The translations under genes were made by a program, and so were the position numbers. 64,000 nucleotides of DNA, taken from positions 14,570,001-14,634,000 of the forward strand of contig CM069164.1 in NCBI GenBank assembly GCA_035221665.1, in the 5' to 3' direction. The notes under the pieces were generated by a model, which worked only from the letters and a program-made list of their open reading frames with translations, was not told where the DNA came from and did not search any database. This document shows positions 26,386 through 37,635 of the stretch, piece after piece (the stretch's first letter is position 1; each line of letters begins with the position of its first letter). This DNA is from Okamejei kenojei. Taxonomy: Eukaryota.

Positions 26386-26514
26386 TTTAAAGAAGGAACT
26401 GCAGATGCTGGAGAATCGAGGGTACACAAAAAGCTGGAGAAACTCAGCGGGTGCAGCAGCATCTAAGGAGCGAAGGAGATAGGCGACGTTTCGGGTCGAG
26501 ACCCTTCTTCAGAC
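26386..26514 (-). mobile_element. 129-bp Penelope-derived mini-element with hammerhead motif and 13-bp TSD
   Basis: TSD AGTTAATTTAAGT at 26373-26385 and 26515-26527; reverse complement of the 25197 copy with one internal mismatch seen. Confidence 0.9.
26485..26512 (-). ncRNA. Minimal hammerhead motif, antisense to SPG11
   Basis: Plus strand GACGTTTCGGGTCGAGACCCTTCTTCAG is the reverse complement of the intact core. Confidence 0.6.
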
Positions 26515-27699
26515 AGTTAATTTAAGTGTTTACATTGGTGAGGAAACGGCAGAGGTAACATCAAACTATTTCATACTTATAAACCACTGCTACAATAATA
26601 TTGGATCTAAAAAGAAAAATTGCAAATGCCAGAAATATGAAATTGAAGTACACTTGGAGGAATGAGAGCTTCTGAAGGAGGGGTCAGCTTTATGTTTCTT
26701 GTGGAGTCCGTCAATTCAGTGTCAGCTCTTTTGGAACGTGTCACCTTATATTAGACTATTGTATTTACTCTATAATTGTATTAAGCACAGGGAGCAAGGG
26801 ATGTGGTGATTATCCTGATTTTGAATGGTATCTCGGGTGATACCTAGCTGGATAATGACAGGAGCAGGATTGAACCCAACCTGATTGTGTTCCAGGCATC
26901 TCGCATGCAATAGTCAATTTTCCACTGAGGTTTCGAGTTGGTCTGTGCCTGAATAATCAGTTAAAAGTCTGACATTCCTTGAACTTTATCCCAGCAAAAG
27001 CCACAGCATTCCAAAAAGAAAATGGGAAAATGGTGCAAACTTAATTAAATCGAGGTGCACATTGCCAGATTTTTATGGGTCCAGAAATAAGTTGCTGATA
27101 TAACTCTTGCCGTCTATATCTGATGCTGTTCCAAAGGATATGTTAATATGCCTTCATAACTGGTCTGAGGACATTTAGTTTTGAAACTATGTTTGCAAAG
27201 TCACATCTGTGTCTTACCCAGTGAGGTCATTATTAAGATACCTGTATCAGATTAAAGTTAAGTTATAAGCTAAACCAGTAAAAATATTGCCAAATTCACT
27301 CGTACGAAGAAATAATTTCTGATTTCAGTTTCATGTCTCTTGGGTTTTTTACATAAGCGGCACGAAAATCTACCCGAACTACAGATTCCTCGAACACACT
27401 GACTGGTGAAAGAACCAAGCCTCCTTTTGTATGAATCTGAAAAAGATTATATCATGAAGTTGATTGTCTATTTGTGGAATTTGTTGAGTTTGTGACATTT
27501 ACCAAGATTAGGGCTGTTCATGGTTCTGTGGTTAAATGGTGCCAAAGTGGTGTATTGAGCATGAGGTGCAGACAAGATAGGACAGGATGTGCTCAATAAA
27601 TTAGGTTAGTTTATTGCCACACGTAACCGAGGTATAGTGAAAAGCTTTTTTCTGGGGGGAGAAAATCCTCCTGGAGAATTGTAGTACACCATTGGATGC

Positions 27700-28280
27700 A
27701 AGTATTTAGTTAAACGAAAGTGGCAACACAAGTAGACAGGGTGCTGTTTTCTTTCGTCTGTTGGTAGGGTAGTATTTTGAGTAACATGTACAGTTCGGGG
27801 TCATTCTGCTATTGGAAAAATGTCATTAAAATGGAACAGATGCAAAAAAGATTTACAAGGATATTACTGGGTCTGAAGGGTTTGAGTTATGAGACGATGC
27901 TGGCTAGGTTAGGACTTTTTTTGCCAAGAGCATATGAGGCTGAGAGGTGATCTTGTGGGAGTTTATAAAGTCAAGAGAGGCATAGATAGGTGAATAACCA
28001 CAGTCTTTTCCCAGGGTATGGGAATCTAAAATTAGAGGACATGGGTTTAAGGTGAGAGGGGAAAGATTTTAAAAGAAACCTGCAGGACAGCTTTTCCACA
28101 CTGTGTGTGTGTTTGGAGGGGTTTGCCAAAGTGGCAGAGGGAGGTACAATTGTGTCATTTAAAAGATACTTGAACATGTACTGGCAGAGCAAAGGTTTAG
28201 AGGGATATAGGCAATTGCAGGCAAGAAGGTTAGGCTTTGCTGAGTTGGGCTGATTGTGCTGTATAGCTCTTTGATTCCAT
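27700..28280 (+). mobile_element. Degenerate CR1 3' fragment (similar fragments at ~1275-1645 -, 6260-6560 -, 8868-9010 -, 12100-12700 -, 18490-19630 +, 31340-32750 +, 34480-35200 -, 57645-58000 +)
   Basis: Recognisable CR1 3' sequence (aggctgagaggtgatctt, ctaaaattagaggacatgggtttaaggtgagaggg). Boundaries approximate. Confidence 0.7.
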
Positions 28281-29189
28281 GAAATGTCTTCGTAGCTCTC
28301 CCCCTTATATTCTTCTACTCTTTACGTCTTTCAATCTTGATGACAATGGCAAATAAATTCAAACTGGTACTTTTTTGATAAAAGGCTCTGGCACATAATA
28401 AAGGATAAATGAAACCTCTGTAACTTAGCCTGAGTCTGCTATCATGACTACACAAGCTGAATATGTTAGAATCTTTAAACCTGAAACTGCAGGTGATTTG
28501 GTCTAATTTCTGGTACCATTCAGTGTCAAAATATCAAACAGATGCAAGGTTGTTCACAGTTTTCTCACTGCCTGCCTAAGTGGACAAAGAGCATTCAGGA
28601 TGGTGTGAGAAGCTCAATATATTGGGAGCATACTTGAAGGCTGACTGCAACACGTCACAAATTACCCACCCAAGAGTTATATTGGCAGATAGCTGGGAGA
28701 AGTTGGTCACCCTGCACTCAAGAGTAAAACTGCCCACTGTTGCCGGGTAAGTCTAAATATAGTTCCACGTGGACTGTCTTGGATTGAGTTTAGAATCAAA
28801 TGCCAGATAGTTTAGTGATGATAACTGCAATAGTTAGGGGCGACTTTGGGTTCTCCAAACTGATTTAATCTTGGCCTTTTCACCCATGGGAGAGAATTAT
28901 CACCAATTGGACTAGCGTGGATTCTGACATAAACAACTGAGAAGCAATGTTCTTAAGATAGACATAAAACGCTGGAGTAACTCAGTGGGACAGGCAGTAT
29001 CTCTGGAGAGAAGGAATGGGTGATGTTCCGACTCACGACCCTTCTATAGACCCAACCTGTTGGTGAAATTACAGCTGTTTAAAGGTGTTTCTGCACTTAG
29101 AACCATCATGGAACACTTGGTGAGCAGGTTTGGATCAGGTTTGGATTCGCCAACATGACAGTTGTCCTATTAATTGTCTTTTCACACAG

Positions 29190-29333
29190 GGCTGGGAATG
29201 ACGCAGATCTATAGTCTTCTTGATGGGAAAGAGGCCTTTCTTCAGCTGGCTAAACTGTGCCAAGACCCAATCCTTGTTGGCACGAAGCTACTGGATAAAA
29301 TCTCATCCATTTCCAATGGGGAGTTGGAGTGCA
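29190..29333 (+). CDS. SPG11: Spatacsin exon (~exon 33), 144 bp
   Basis: cacag|GGCTGG...GAGTGCA|gtaagt. Encodes ...EAFLQLAKLCQDPILVGTKLLDKISSISNGELEC. Confidence 0.94.
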
Positions 29334-30194
29334 GTAAGTAATTGGAAATTCAAAAGCTCTACTGAATGGCTATGATGAAGTAATAGTACAAAGTAACAAG
29401 GAGGGTGAAAAAACTGCTTTATGTTACAATTTAAACCAGTCTTTCCTGTCAACCAAATATTGTCTATTACTCATTTTTGGCAATGGTCCTGAAACTATCT
29501 CCAAAGGTAACGCCGAGCAGATCCTAAGTTAGCTGCTGTTTTGTTTGGCCATAGCTTTGAGATGAGGAATAATTATTTATCTTTGTGGTAACTTACTTGC
29601 CCCTGAATTGGATGTGTAAAGCTTAAACCCTGATCTAGGATGTCATGGTGAGTGTAGACTAATGATGCTGAATACTGTCTGAACATTCAAGAGCGGGATA
29701 GCTCACCTGAACCAACCAACCTTAAGTTTGAGCAGTTGGATTCCAAAGTGCCTTTCATTAACTGAATTTGGCTCGTATCGTTCCAAACCTTTCGTATCCA
29801 TGAACCTCTCCATATACCTTTTAAACATTGTAAATGTACCTACCTCTACCACCTCAGGTGGCGCATCCCATATACCCACCACGCTAGTGCGAAAAACGTG
29901 CTCAGATTCCCTTTAAATCTTTCCCTCCTCACGTACCCTCCGTTGTACAATCAACCATGGCCCTTTGAAAACTCCCCAATGAGTTCCACTCCTCTGATCC
30001 TCTCGTTATCCTACAATCTTCCTCCCATTTAGTCACTTAACCATTTCCATTTTAAAATCTCTTAATATTCAGCAGATATATTTAATGTCTGTAAATGTGA
30101 TTATCCCCCCCCCCCCAGCTCGTTAATGCATTGTAGGTGCCCTTTGTTGCAGCTTACTCAGCAGGAAGTACTTGCTCAGTTGATTACACTAATT

Positions 30195-30300
30195 CATGCT
30201 GCTGTGTCAGAAGGTTGAGGGTTTGAGTCTCGCTCCGGAGATCTGAGCACATATTCAGCCTGAGGCTCCCAGTGCTGAGGACACCTGTACTGTTAGGGGT
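30195..30300 (+). mobile_element. Old Deu-domain (SacSINE1-like) SINE head; related minus-strand remnants at ~18220-18470 and ~46925-47080
   Basis: gtcagaaggttgagggtttgagtc..ctccggagatctgagcacatattcagcctga..cccagtg resembles the remembered shark Deu-SINE consensus. Confidence 0.5.
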
Positions 30301-30635
30301 TGGACAGGCAGGAAGATTGTTCCCGATGTTGGGGAAGTCCACGACAAGGGGTCACAGCTTAAGGATAAGGGGGAAATCCTTTAAGACTGAGATGAGAAGG
30401 ACTTTTTTCACACAGAGTGGTGAGTTTCTGGAACTCTCTGCCACAGAGGGTAGTTGAGGCCAGTTCATTGGCTATATTTAAGAGGGAGTTAGATGTGGCC
30501 CTTGTGGCTAAGGGGATCAGGGGGTCTGGAGAGAAGGCAGGTAAGGGATACTGAGTTGGATGATCAGCCATGATCATATTGAATGGTGGTGCAGGCTCGA
30601 ACGGCCGACTCCTGCACCTAGTTTCTATGTTTCTA
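30301..30635 (+). mobile_element. CR1 3' end with 10-bp target-site duplication
   Basis: TGTTAGGGGT at 30291-30300 and 30636-30645; TRGHSLRIRG peptide; (CTATGTTT)n tail. Confidence 0.9.
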
Positions 30636-31124
30636 TGTTAGGGGTGCTGGAAACCAAGATTCATTAGCCCTTCAGAAGATAGAAGGAAGCTTGCACAATC
30701 TGACAAAAACCTTTCCTTCTCTGAAACACTATCCATAATTAAACTAGTGGAATATATACTGTGTAAATGAGTACCATGGAACTTTATTAATAGTGGCGAA
30801 TTTTTTTTTGAAAATGTATGAGAGAATTTTTATTTGATTGTTGAAAGATACAGCATGGAAACAGGCTCTGCAATCTCCGCATAGACAATACTCAAAGTCA
30901 GGATCGAACTCGGGTTTCTGACCCTGTGAGGCAGCAGCTCCATATTTAAAGTTGGATTTTTGTAAGTCAGGTCATTCATAACCCAGGGAATCCCGGTATT
31001 TAATTTCCTATACAGCATTTGGGAATATCAAAGATTAATAAATAGTTTAAATGCCATTTAATGTTAGTGATGAAAGGATCTGTTGTTTGTTTGTTGACTT
31101 CTGACTCCTCCATCATTCCTCAAG

Positions 31125-31258
31125 CTGTGGAACTGCTGATTCTGGCCCATGATTGCTTCAGCCTGACGTGCCACATGGAGGGGATTAGTCGAGTATTGCA
31201 AGCTGCTCGCCATCTCAGTCACAAACACCTGGCTCCCAATGAAGAGTACAGTCTCATG
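31125..31258 (+). CDS. SPG11: Spatacsin exon (~exon 34), 134 bp
   Basis: caag|CTGTGG...CTCATG|gtacag. Encodes VELLILAHDCFSLTCHMEGISRVLQAARHLSHKHLAPNEEYSLM. Confidence 0.96.
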
Positions 31259-32166
31259 GTACAGTAAAACCCTTGTGTATAACTAGGTAGACTCCAAAAG
31301 GCCATTTGATGTGTTATTTTCTGTTTGCTATGAATGTTGTAGCGCAGGGACTGGTACTAGGGCTTCAAGAATGTATAAAGAATTTGGATGAAGGCATCAG
31401 AGGTATGTTTTCGAATTTGCTAAAAAACCTAAAGACAAGTAGGTTCTGAAGAGGCCATAAGAAGGCTACACAGGTATAAAGGTAAGCTAATCAAACGTGC
31501 AAGATCTAGCGTGTGAAATATAATTTGGGAAAGTGACATTTTTTGTTTTGATAGGAATATTAAAATATAAAATTAACAAGTTATCTAAATGGTGAGCAAT
31601 CGCAGATGTCTGAAATGCAGTCGCTGTGCATGATTCATATAGAGATGATATGAAGACATAACAGGAACTAAGAAAGCTAACAGAATGTTAATTGTGAAAG
31701 GAAATGAATCCAACTGTAAGGAGGTTATGCTTCACTTATATGAGGTATTGGTGTGACCACATCTGGGATACAGTGTACCATTTTAATCTTATTTAAGGAG
31801 GGATGTTAACAGCATCAAAAGCAGTTCAGAGAAAGTTTATTCAGCTAGAATGGGCTGGCTGACATGAGGAAAGTTGAGCAGGCAGGCTACGATCGTGTCT
31901 GCTTGAGTTTAAAGACAAAGCGAGGAGAATTGTAGCATGTAAGATCCTTCCAGACACAAGACACTGCAATTGCTGGAATCTGAAGCAACATGCAAACTGT
32001 TGGAGGAACTCAGCAGATCAAGCAGCATCTGTGGAAGGAAAGGAAGTGTTAACAGTTCAAGTCACCTCTGCATCAGAGCCAAACTCTTGAAATAAAAGGG
32101 AGATCCTTTCTCTGAGGCCTAAGAATGATATTCCTCAAAGGGCAGTGGAAGTAGAGATTATGAGTA

Positions 32167-32680
32167 CAGACGCTCCCCGACTTACACCATAGCGACTTAT
32201 GTAAACTAGCATAGTAAACTGCATAATAAATTCTGTACTCAGTCCCTCATGCAATCAAGGCAGTTTGTAATTTCCACAACACTATATGATCACTCGAGTG
32301 TAGATCGGCAAAAAAAGCCGGCAATGGTAGCAGTGTTTGCCAAGACAGCCGCGTGCTGCAGGAAGTGCCCCAACGGTAAGATGGAACTCAAGCCAGCAAC
32401 AGGGATGGTGCTTATCCACAAAGCCGTGCAGGGCAGAAAGTGCCCCGCTCAGCCGGATGCTGCTGAGGCAGTTAATACTCTCAGTGATGGATGCAAAGTG
32501 GTGGAGTAACTCAATGGATCAGGCAGCATCTCTTGAGAATACAAACAGGCAATGTTTCGGGTCACGACCCTTCAGGCTCAGTGAGTTATTTCAGGATGGG
32601 GATGGTGATTCTGACAGGTAAAATCTGATTTACGTAAAGCTTCACGGATCGTAACCCTTACATAAGTCTGAAAGTGCCTG
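32167..32680. mobile_element. Tc1/mariner (Tigger/pogo-like) MITE inside a CR1 remnant
   Basis: TA|CAGACGCTCCCCGACTTA...TAAGTCTGAAAGTGCCTG|TA; imperfect TIRs and TA duplication. Confidence 0.7.
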
Positions 32681-33787
32681 TACTTTTAAGGCAACGGTAG
32701 ATACATTCTTAAAAACTACAGGGATGGAAAGTTACTGTGGGTAGAAGAGAACTGCTTCCAATTATTATGTTCCTATGAATTAATTGATGTCGTCTTCTTT
32801 CTAATTGCAGGAAAAGAATTGTCACACAAAAGCAATAAGTTATTTTCTTTTGGCAGGTCGATAGGGAAATGTTTGGAGAATGGGACTAAAGGCTTGCAAT
32901 ATTGATATTCAATTCTTTTACGCTAAAAATCTTACGACTTGATAATTGAACATAGAATGAGGGCATTCAGTTCTTTGCTCTATGAGCCCTCTGTTTTAAT
33001 CCCATCTCCCTCTTCGTAACACTACAATTTTACTCTAATCTTTCCAATTTATTTTGCGTTGCAAATTCCCAATAACGAATGGTGACAGTTTCTATCGCTG
33101 GATGAGAATGTGGGTCTAGTAATGTAACCAATTTGCTATCCTACTCTGTGAGGTGTGTGCCTTCATGCATAGAGAAATCTTTTGCATCACACATGCTAAT
33201 ATTAAGTGTTCTGCCACATAAATCCCAAAGTTAGCCATCTTAGATCACGGACTTGGCTCCTTAGTCATTTTGCAGGTCCACATACATTTCAAAGAGCTGT
33301 TGCTTAGCCAACCAATAAATGTTTAATTCATTCTTGAGCACAAACTCAACTAATCTTACTGCAAATGTAAATGAACTGGAAAATCAGCATAAAACTGCTA
33401 AAACTGGAAATTTGAAACAAAAAGAGTTCAGGCTATTTGTTCAGGTAAAGGTTTAAAATGAATTTGACATTTAACCATATCAGAAATTGTAGGTTTACTG
33501 CTTGTATTTAACAGTTGCATGCTAATTTAATGTACACATATTTCAAATTGAAAATGCTCAAGCCAGTCATGTAGCCTCTGTTGAAATAATGGTTCACTTG
33601 TTGATCTTTCATCGGAATAAATGTGAAATATTGGAACTGGAATTCTTAAAGATAAGAAAATATTATCTGCCATGTCTCTTTGTAGTATCACATTACTGAA
33701 TCCGCTTTCTTTCCAAGCCTCTACAAATTGTAATTAAAGTATCGTGAACACACTGTAAAGAATTAACCAGACACCATGTCTCTGTAG

Positions 33788-33895
33788 GTACGGTTGGTCA
33801 CTGGCATCGGGCGATACAACGACATGACCTATATATTCGACCTGCTCCACGAGAATCATAGGTTTGAAATGCTGTTGAGGAAAAATGTTCTGTCG
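33788..33895 (+). CDS. SPG11: Spatacsin exon (~exon 35), 108 bp
   Basis: tgtag|GTACGG...CTGTCG|gtgagt. Encodes VRLVTGIGRYNDMTYIFDLLHENHRFEMLLRKNVLS. Confidence 0.96.
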
Positions 33896-35398
33896 GTGAG
33901 TGCAATGGACAAGGGGTTAGACCTGTTTCACCTTTCCTCGTATTTTCCATCTGAACACTGGGAGGACTGGGACAGTGTCATTATTAACAGAGTTAATTAT
34001 TTAACATATTGTTGGTGTCTACATGTGATTTATAAAAACATTGTTTAAACAAGCCAGTTTTGTTTACTAAGCAATGTAATGTAACACTGGTGTTAGAACA
34101 TAGATGTTATCCTTCATGAGAAATTAAGCCAAAATTCAGTTTGCCTGTTTAATAGTAATAGAAAGTTGATGGGCCTCATAATCAAGAATATTATCAGTTT
34201 TAAAAAGTACTTTCCATGGGGCTGTGGATGCCATTGACAGCGTCTCCTTCTCCAGACCATTCCTCATTTCCTTGAGGCCACTGATTCAACTGTAAAGTAT
34301 GGGACTGGTCAAAAATACCTCTTCATTACATCATTTGACCAGTTGAATCCTTGCTGCTTTTGTAAGCCGATACTGGCCTCAAATTACCACATTTACCAAA
34401 TCCATTTCCCATTATTCTGGAGTGTATTTCATCTTAGCTTCTGGACTATGAGTACTGACACCAACACCACAGGGCACACCCATAGAGTCATAGTGTTATA
34501 CAGTTTGGAAACAGTCCCTTCGACCCAACTTGTCTACATTGATAGGGGTATCAAACTAAACTATTCCAATGTATGGTTTGTTGTATTGTATATAATTTGT
34601 CTAGATACCACTAAAACAAAGTTTTTCACTGTACCTCGGTGCACAAGGAAAATATACTAAGACCATTTTGTCCCTATCCCTGAAAACCTTTCCTATCCAT
34701 GTACCTGGCCAAATGTTTTTAAATGTTGTGATTGCACCCAATGCCACTTCCTCCTTTGGCAGATCATTCCACATATCCACTTCCCTGTGTGGAAAAACGT
34801 GCTCCTCAGGCCCTCTTTAAATCTTTCCCTTCTCACCTTAAATCTATTCCCTTCTCTACTCTGAGACCATGACCATTCACTTCATCTATGCCCCTCATGT
34901 TATAAACTTCTATGATCAACCTCAGTCCAAGGCAAGTAGTTCCAGCCTACCAATCTCTCTTAATAACTCAAGCCTTCCAGTCCCTGCAACATCCTTGGGA
35001 ATTTTCACATAATCTTCATAAATCATAGGAGTAGAATTAAGCCATTCAGCCTATCGAGCCTGCTCCGCCATTCGATCATGGCTGATCAATTTTTCCCCCT
35101 CAACTTGAATCTCCTCTTCTCCCTGTAACCTATGATGCCCTTGCTAATCAAGAATCTATCAATCTCTGCTTTAGAGAAAATGACTTGGCCTCCACAGCCA
35201 TCTGAGGCTGTGCCCTCTGGTCGTAGACTCTCCCACACCTTTACATACAAAATGCACACTACAGATCAGGAGTTTGTTGTGTGGGGTTCCAGATTGTTAA
35301 CCTTTGTTGTTTCTCCAAGAATCATTCCTCAACTTTGCTAATCTTCCAGATAGTTTCCTTACAGTGATTTTGGGCAGTTTTCTTTTACTGAAACACAG

Positions 35399-35567
35399 AA
35401 TGGAAATCTGAAAACGGCTCTTCTGGACTACATCAAGCGCTGTTTGCCCGGTGACAGTGAGAAGCACAACATGGTGGCCTTCTGCTTCAGCATGTGTCGT
35501 GAAATTGGGGAAAATCACGAGGGTGCAGCCAGGGTCCAGCTGAAAATCATAGAATCACAACCGTGGG
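35399..35567 (+). CDS. SPG11: Spatacsin exon (~exon 36), 169 bp
   Basis: cacag|AATGGA...CCGTGGG|gtgagt. Encodes NGNLKTALLDYIKRCLPGDSEKHNMVAFCFSMCREIGENHEGAARVQLKIIESQPW. Confidence 0.96.
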
Positions 35568-36853
35568 GTGAGTATCTGCTGTAGGAACTGCCGTATTTTG
35601 CAATTCAGAAAAAAGAGGGATTGAATATGAACTTTTGTCCTAATATTAGCTTGTAATTGTACCAATTATAATTTGACTTCCCACCAAAAGCTCCCCAAAA
35701 CAAAATCTTCCGTGTAAACCTGAACTATTGAAAGGTTATAATTTCCTTTATAATGAAATGTGACTCAGCTTTATTAATGAAGTGGAAAAGGATTTGTCAC
35801 CAAACGGAAGCATGTTTGTTAAGGATGTCCAATCCTCCATCTGTGAACAACCTGCTTTCCGACCACTGAAGAAACTTGACTATGAGAGTTTAATGTGTGC
35901 CAACTGTTGCTTATGCAGCAACAACGAGCGCAACCTGAGAACCTTCCGAACCAGGTCAATTAGTGCAGTGGCTGGTCTGGAGGCGCAGCAGTTAGTACTA
36001 CTGCCTCACAGCATCAGAGTCCCGATTCTGATGCTGTCTGTATGGAGTTTGTACATTCTCCCCGTGACCACATGGGTTTCCTCCCGATTTGCTGGTAGGT
36101 TAATTAACAACTGAATTGTGTAGTGTAGTTAAGACATTTAAATGACAAGTGGACGAGTACATGGACAGGGAAGGTTTAGAGGCATAGGGGGCAGGAGCAG
36201 GCAAATGGGACTAGCTTGGGTGGACATCCTGGTCAGCACGGACGAGTTGTGCCGAAGAGCCTGTCTCAGTGTTGAATGACTCTGTTTAAAAAGAATCAAA
36301 GGGGCATTAATGAGCATGTGCTAGTGAATACGTTGGTGAAATAAGGAGTGGGATATATCACTGAGGGGTTTGGTCAACCTGCAAGCCAGCATGGACTCGT
36401 GGGCCAAATGGCCTCCTACAGTATTGAAACAAATAAATAAATAACTCTCAATATCAGACACAGCTATTTTCCATGATCTGGTACTAAATCATAAACCATC
36501 TTAAAATATAATGAGAAAAATACAAGTGATAATGAATTAAAGCATAACTTCTGGACCAGCTGATTCCAACAGATTTTTCTTGTGAAAACCAGATTATAAG
36601 TCATGAGCTTAGCTCTCTCCACTAATGATATAATTCTAATGTGTTTTGACAAAATTAATATGATATAAAACTGGAAAATTTCACAAGTCTGAATCGCATT
36701 TACAGCTGTGTTTGAAAATATAGTCAGTGGACCGTTTAACAAGCTGACTGTGGTTCATTTTCTGCAAAATTTGCTTTATCCTAGTTGCAGCTGCAAACAT
36801 ATTTTCCAATGATGTTTCAGAACCTCCTTATGTAATCTTGAGTTTTGTTTATT

Positions 36854-37235
36854 TACTAGACTAAGTGGGACCCGTTGGGTCCCTGTCACACAGGAGGCTT
36901 AGTCCCGCAATGCAATATTCCACCACTCGCCCATAGCCCCCAACTACACAGGCACAGCTCATTTCCCCTCATCCCTAGCACTCTCTCCCCCTCCTCTTCA
37001 CCCTCCCTCTTCTTTCCCCTCCCCTCCCCAATCCCTCCCTCACCTCTCTCCCTCTCCTTTCCCCTACCTACAGTCACTCCCTCCCTCACTCCATAACTCC
37101 TCTCCCTATCCCTCCCCCACTGCCCTCCTATCCCTCTATTCTGACGAAAAATTGTAGCCCTATTGCGTACCATTTTTGCGCATAGAAAAAACGCGTAAAC
37201 CGGAAGAGCACAAGATCAGAGTTTTAGTTATGTAT
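36854..37235 (+). mobile_element. Helentron/DINE-1-like non-autonomous rolling-circle element
   Basis: Starts TACTAG after a T-run; perfect hairpin GGGACCC-GTT-GGGTCCC at 36867-36883; CT-rich low-complexity interior; AAAAATTGTAGCCCTA block; TAGAT-type end resumes after a LINE insert. Family call is by architecture only. Confidence 0.55.
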
Positions 37236-37453
37236 CAGCCACAAAGACAGATGTGTACAGCAATTCATTCTTCCCACGCACTATTAAAGCATGGAATAAT
37301 CTCCACCAAACCACGGTTGCCCAGCCAGATGCAACTAAATTTAAAGTGGCACTTTCTTCCCAATAACCCTCTCTGGCTAAACCCCTCCCTTCATCACCTC
37401 CAGTTTAAATTCCAGTTGGAATATTTTGGAGGATCAAGTAACCAAGAACCAAG
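37236..37453 (+). mobile_element. Short LINE 3' end with (AACCAAG)n tail, distinct from the dominant CR1 families
   Basis: Translates to TDVYSNSFFPRTIKAWNNL; a second tail copy lies on the minus strand at ~60687-60745. Confidence 0.7.
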
Positions 37454-37558
37454 ATAGATAGCTATGGATAGATTACGCCCTGTGACATTTTTTATAGATT
37501 TTGAAATTGTCCAAGGTGTATGACCTAAAACTATCAAACTGCTCTTTTCACGTTTCAG

Positions 37559-37635
37559 AAGTGACTCCTGAGTTGAATAAATCTTTGGTGAAGATTCTGA
37601 GCTTCCTCAAAGATGCTGCTGAGAGCTATGCAAAG
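37559..37635 (+). CDS. SPG11: Spatacsin exon (~exon 37), 77 bp
   Basis: ttcag|AAGTG...GCAAAG|gtaaat. Encodes (E)VTPELNKSLVKILSFLKDAAESYAK. Confidence 0.93.
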
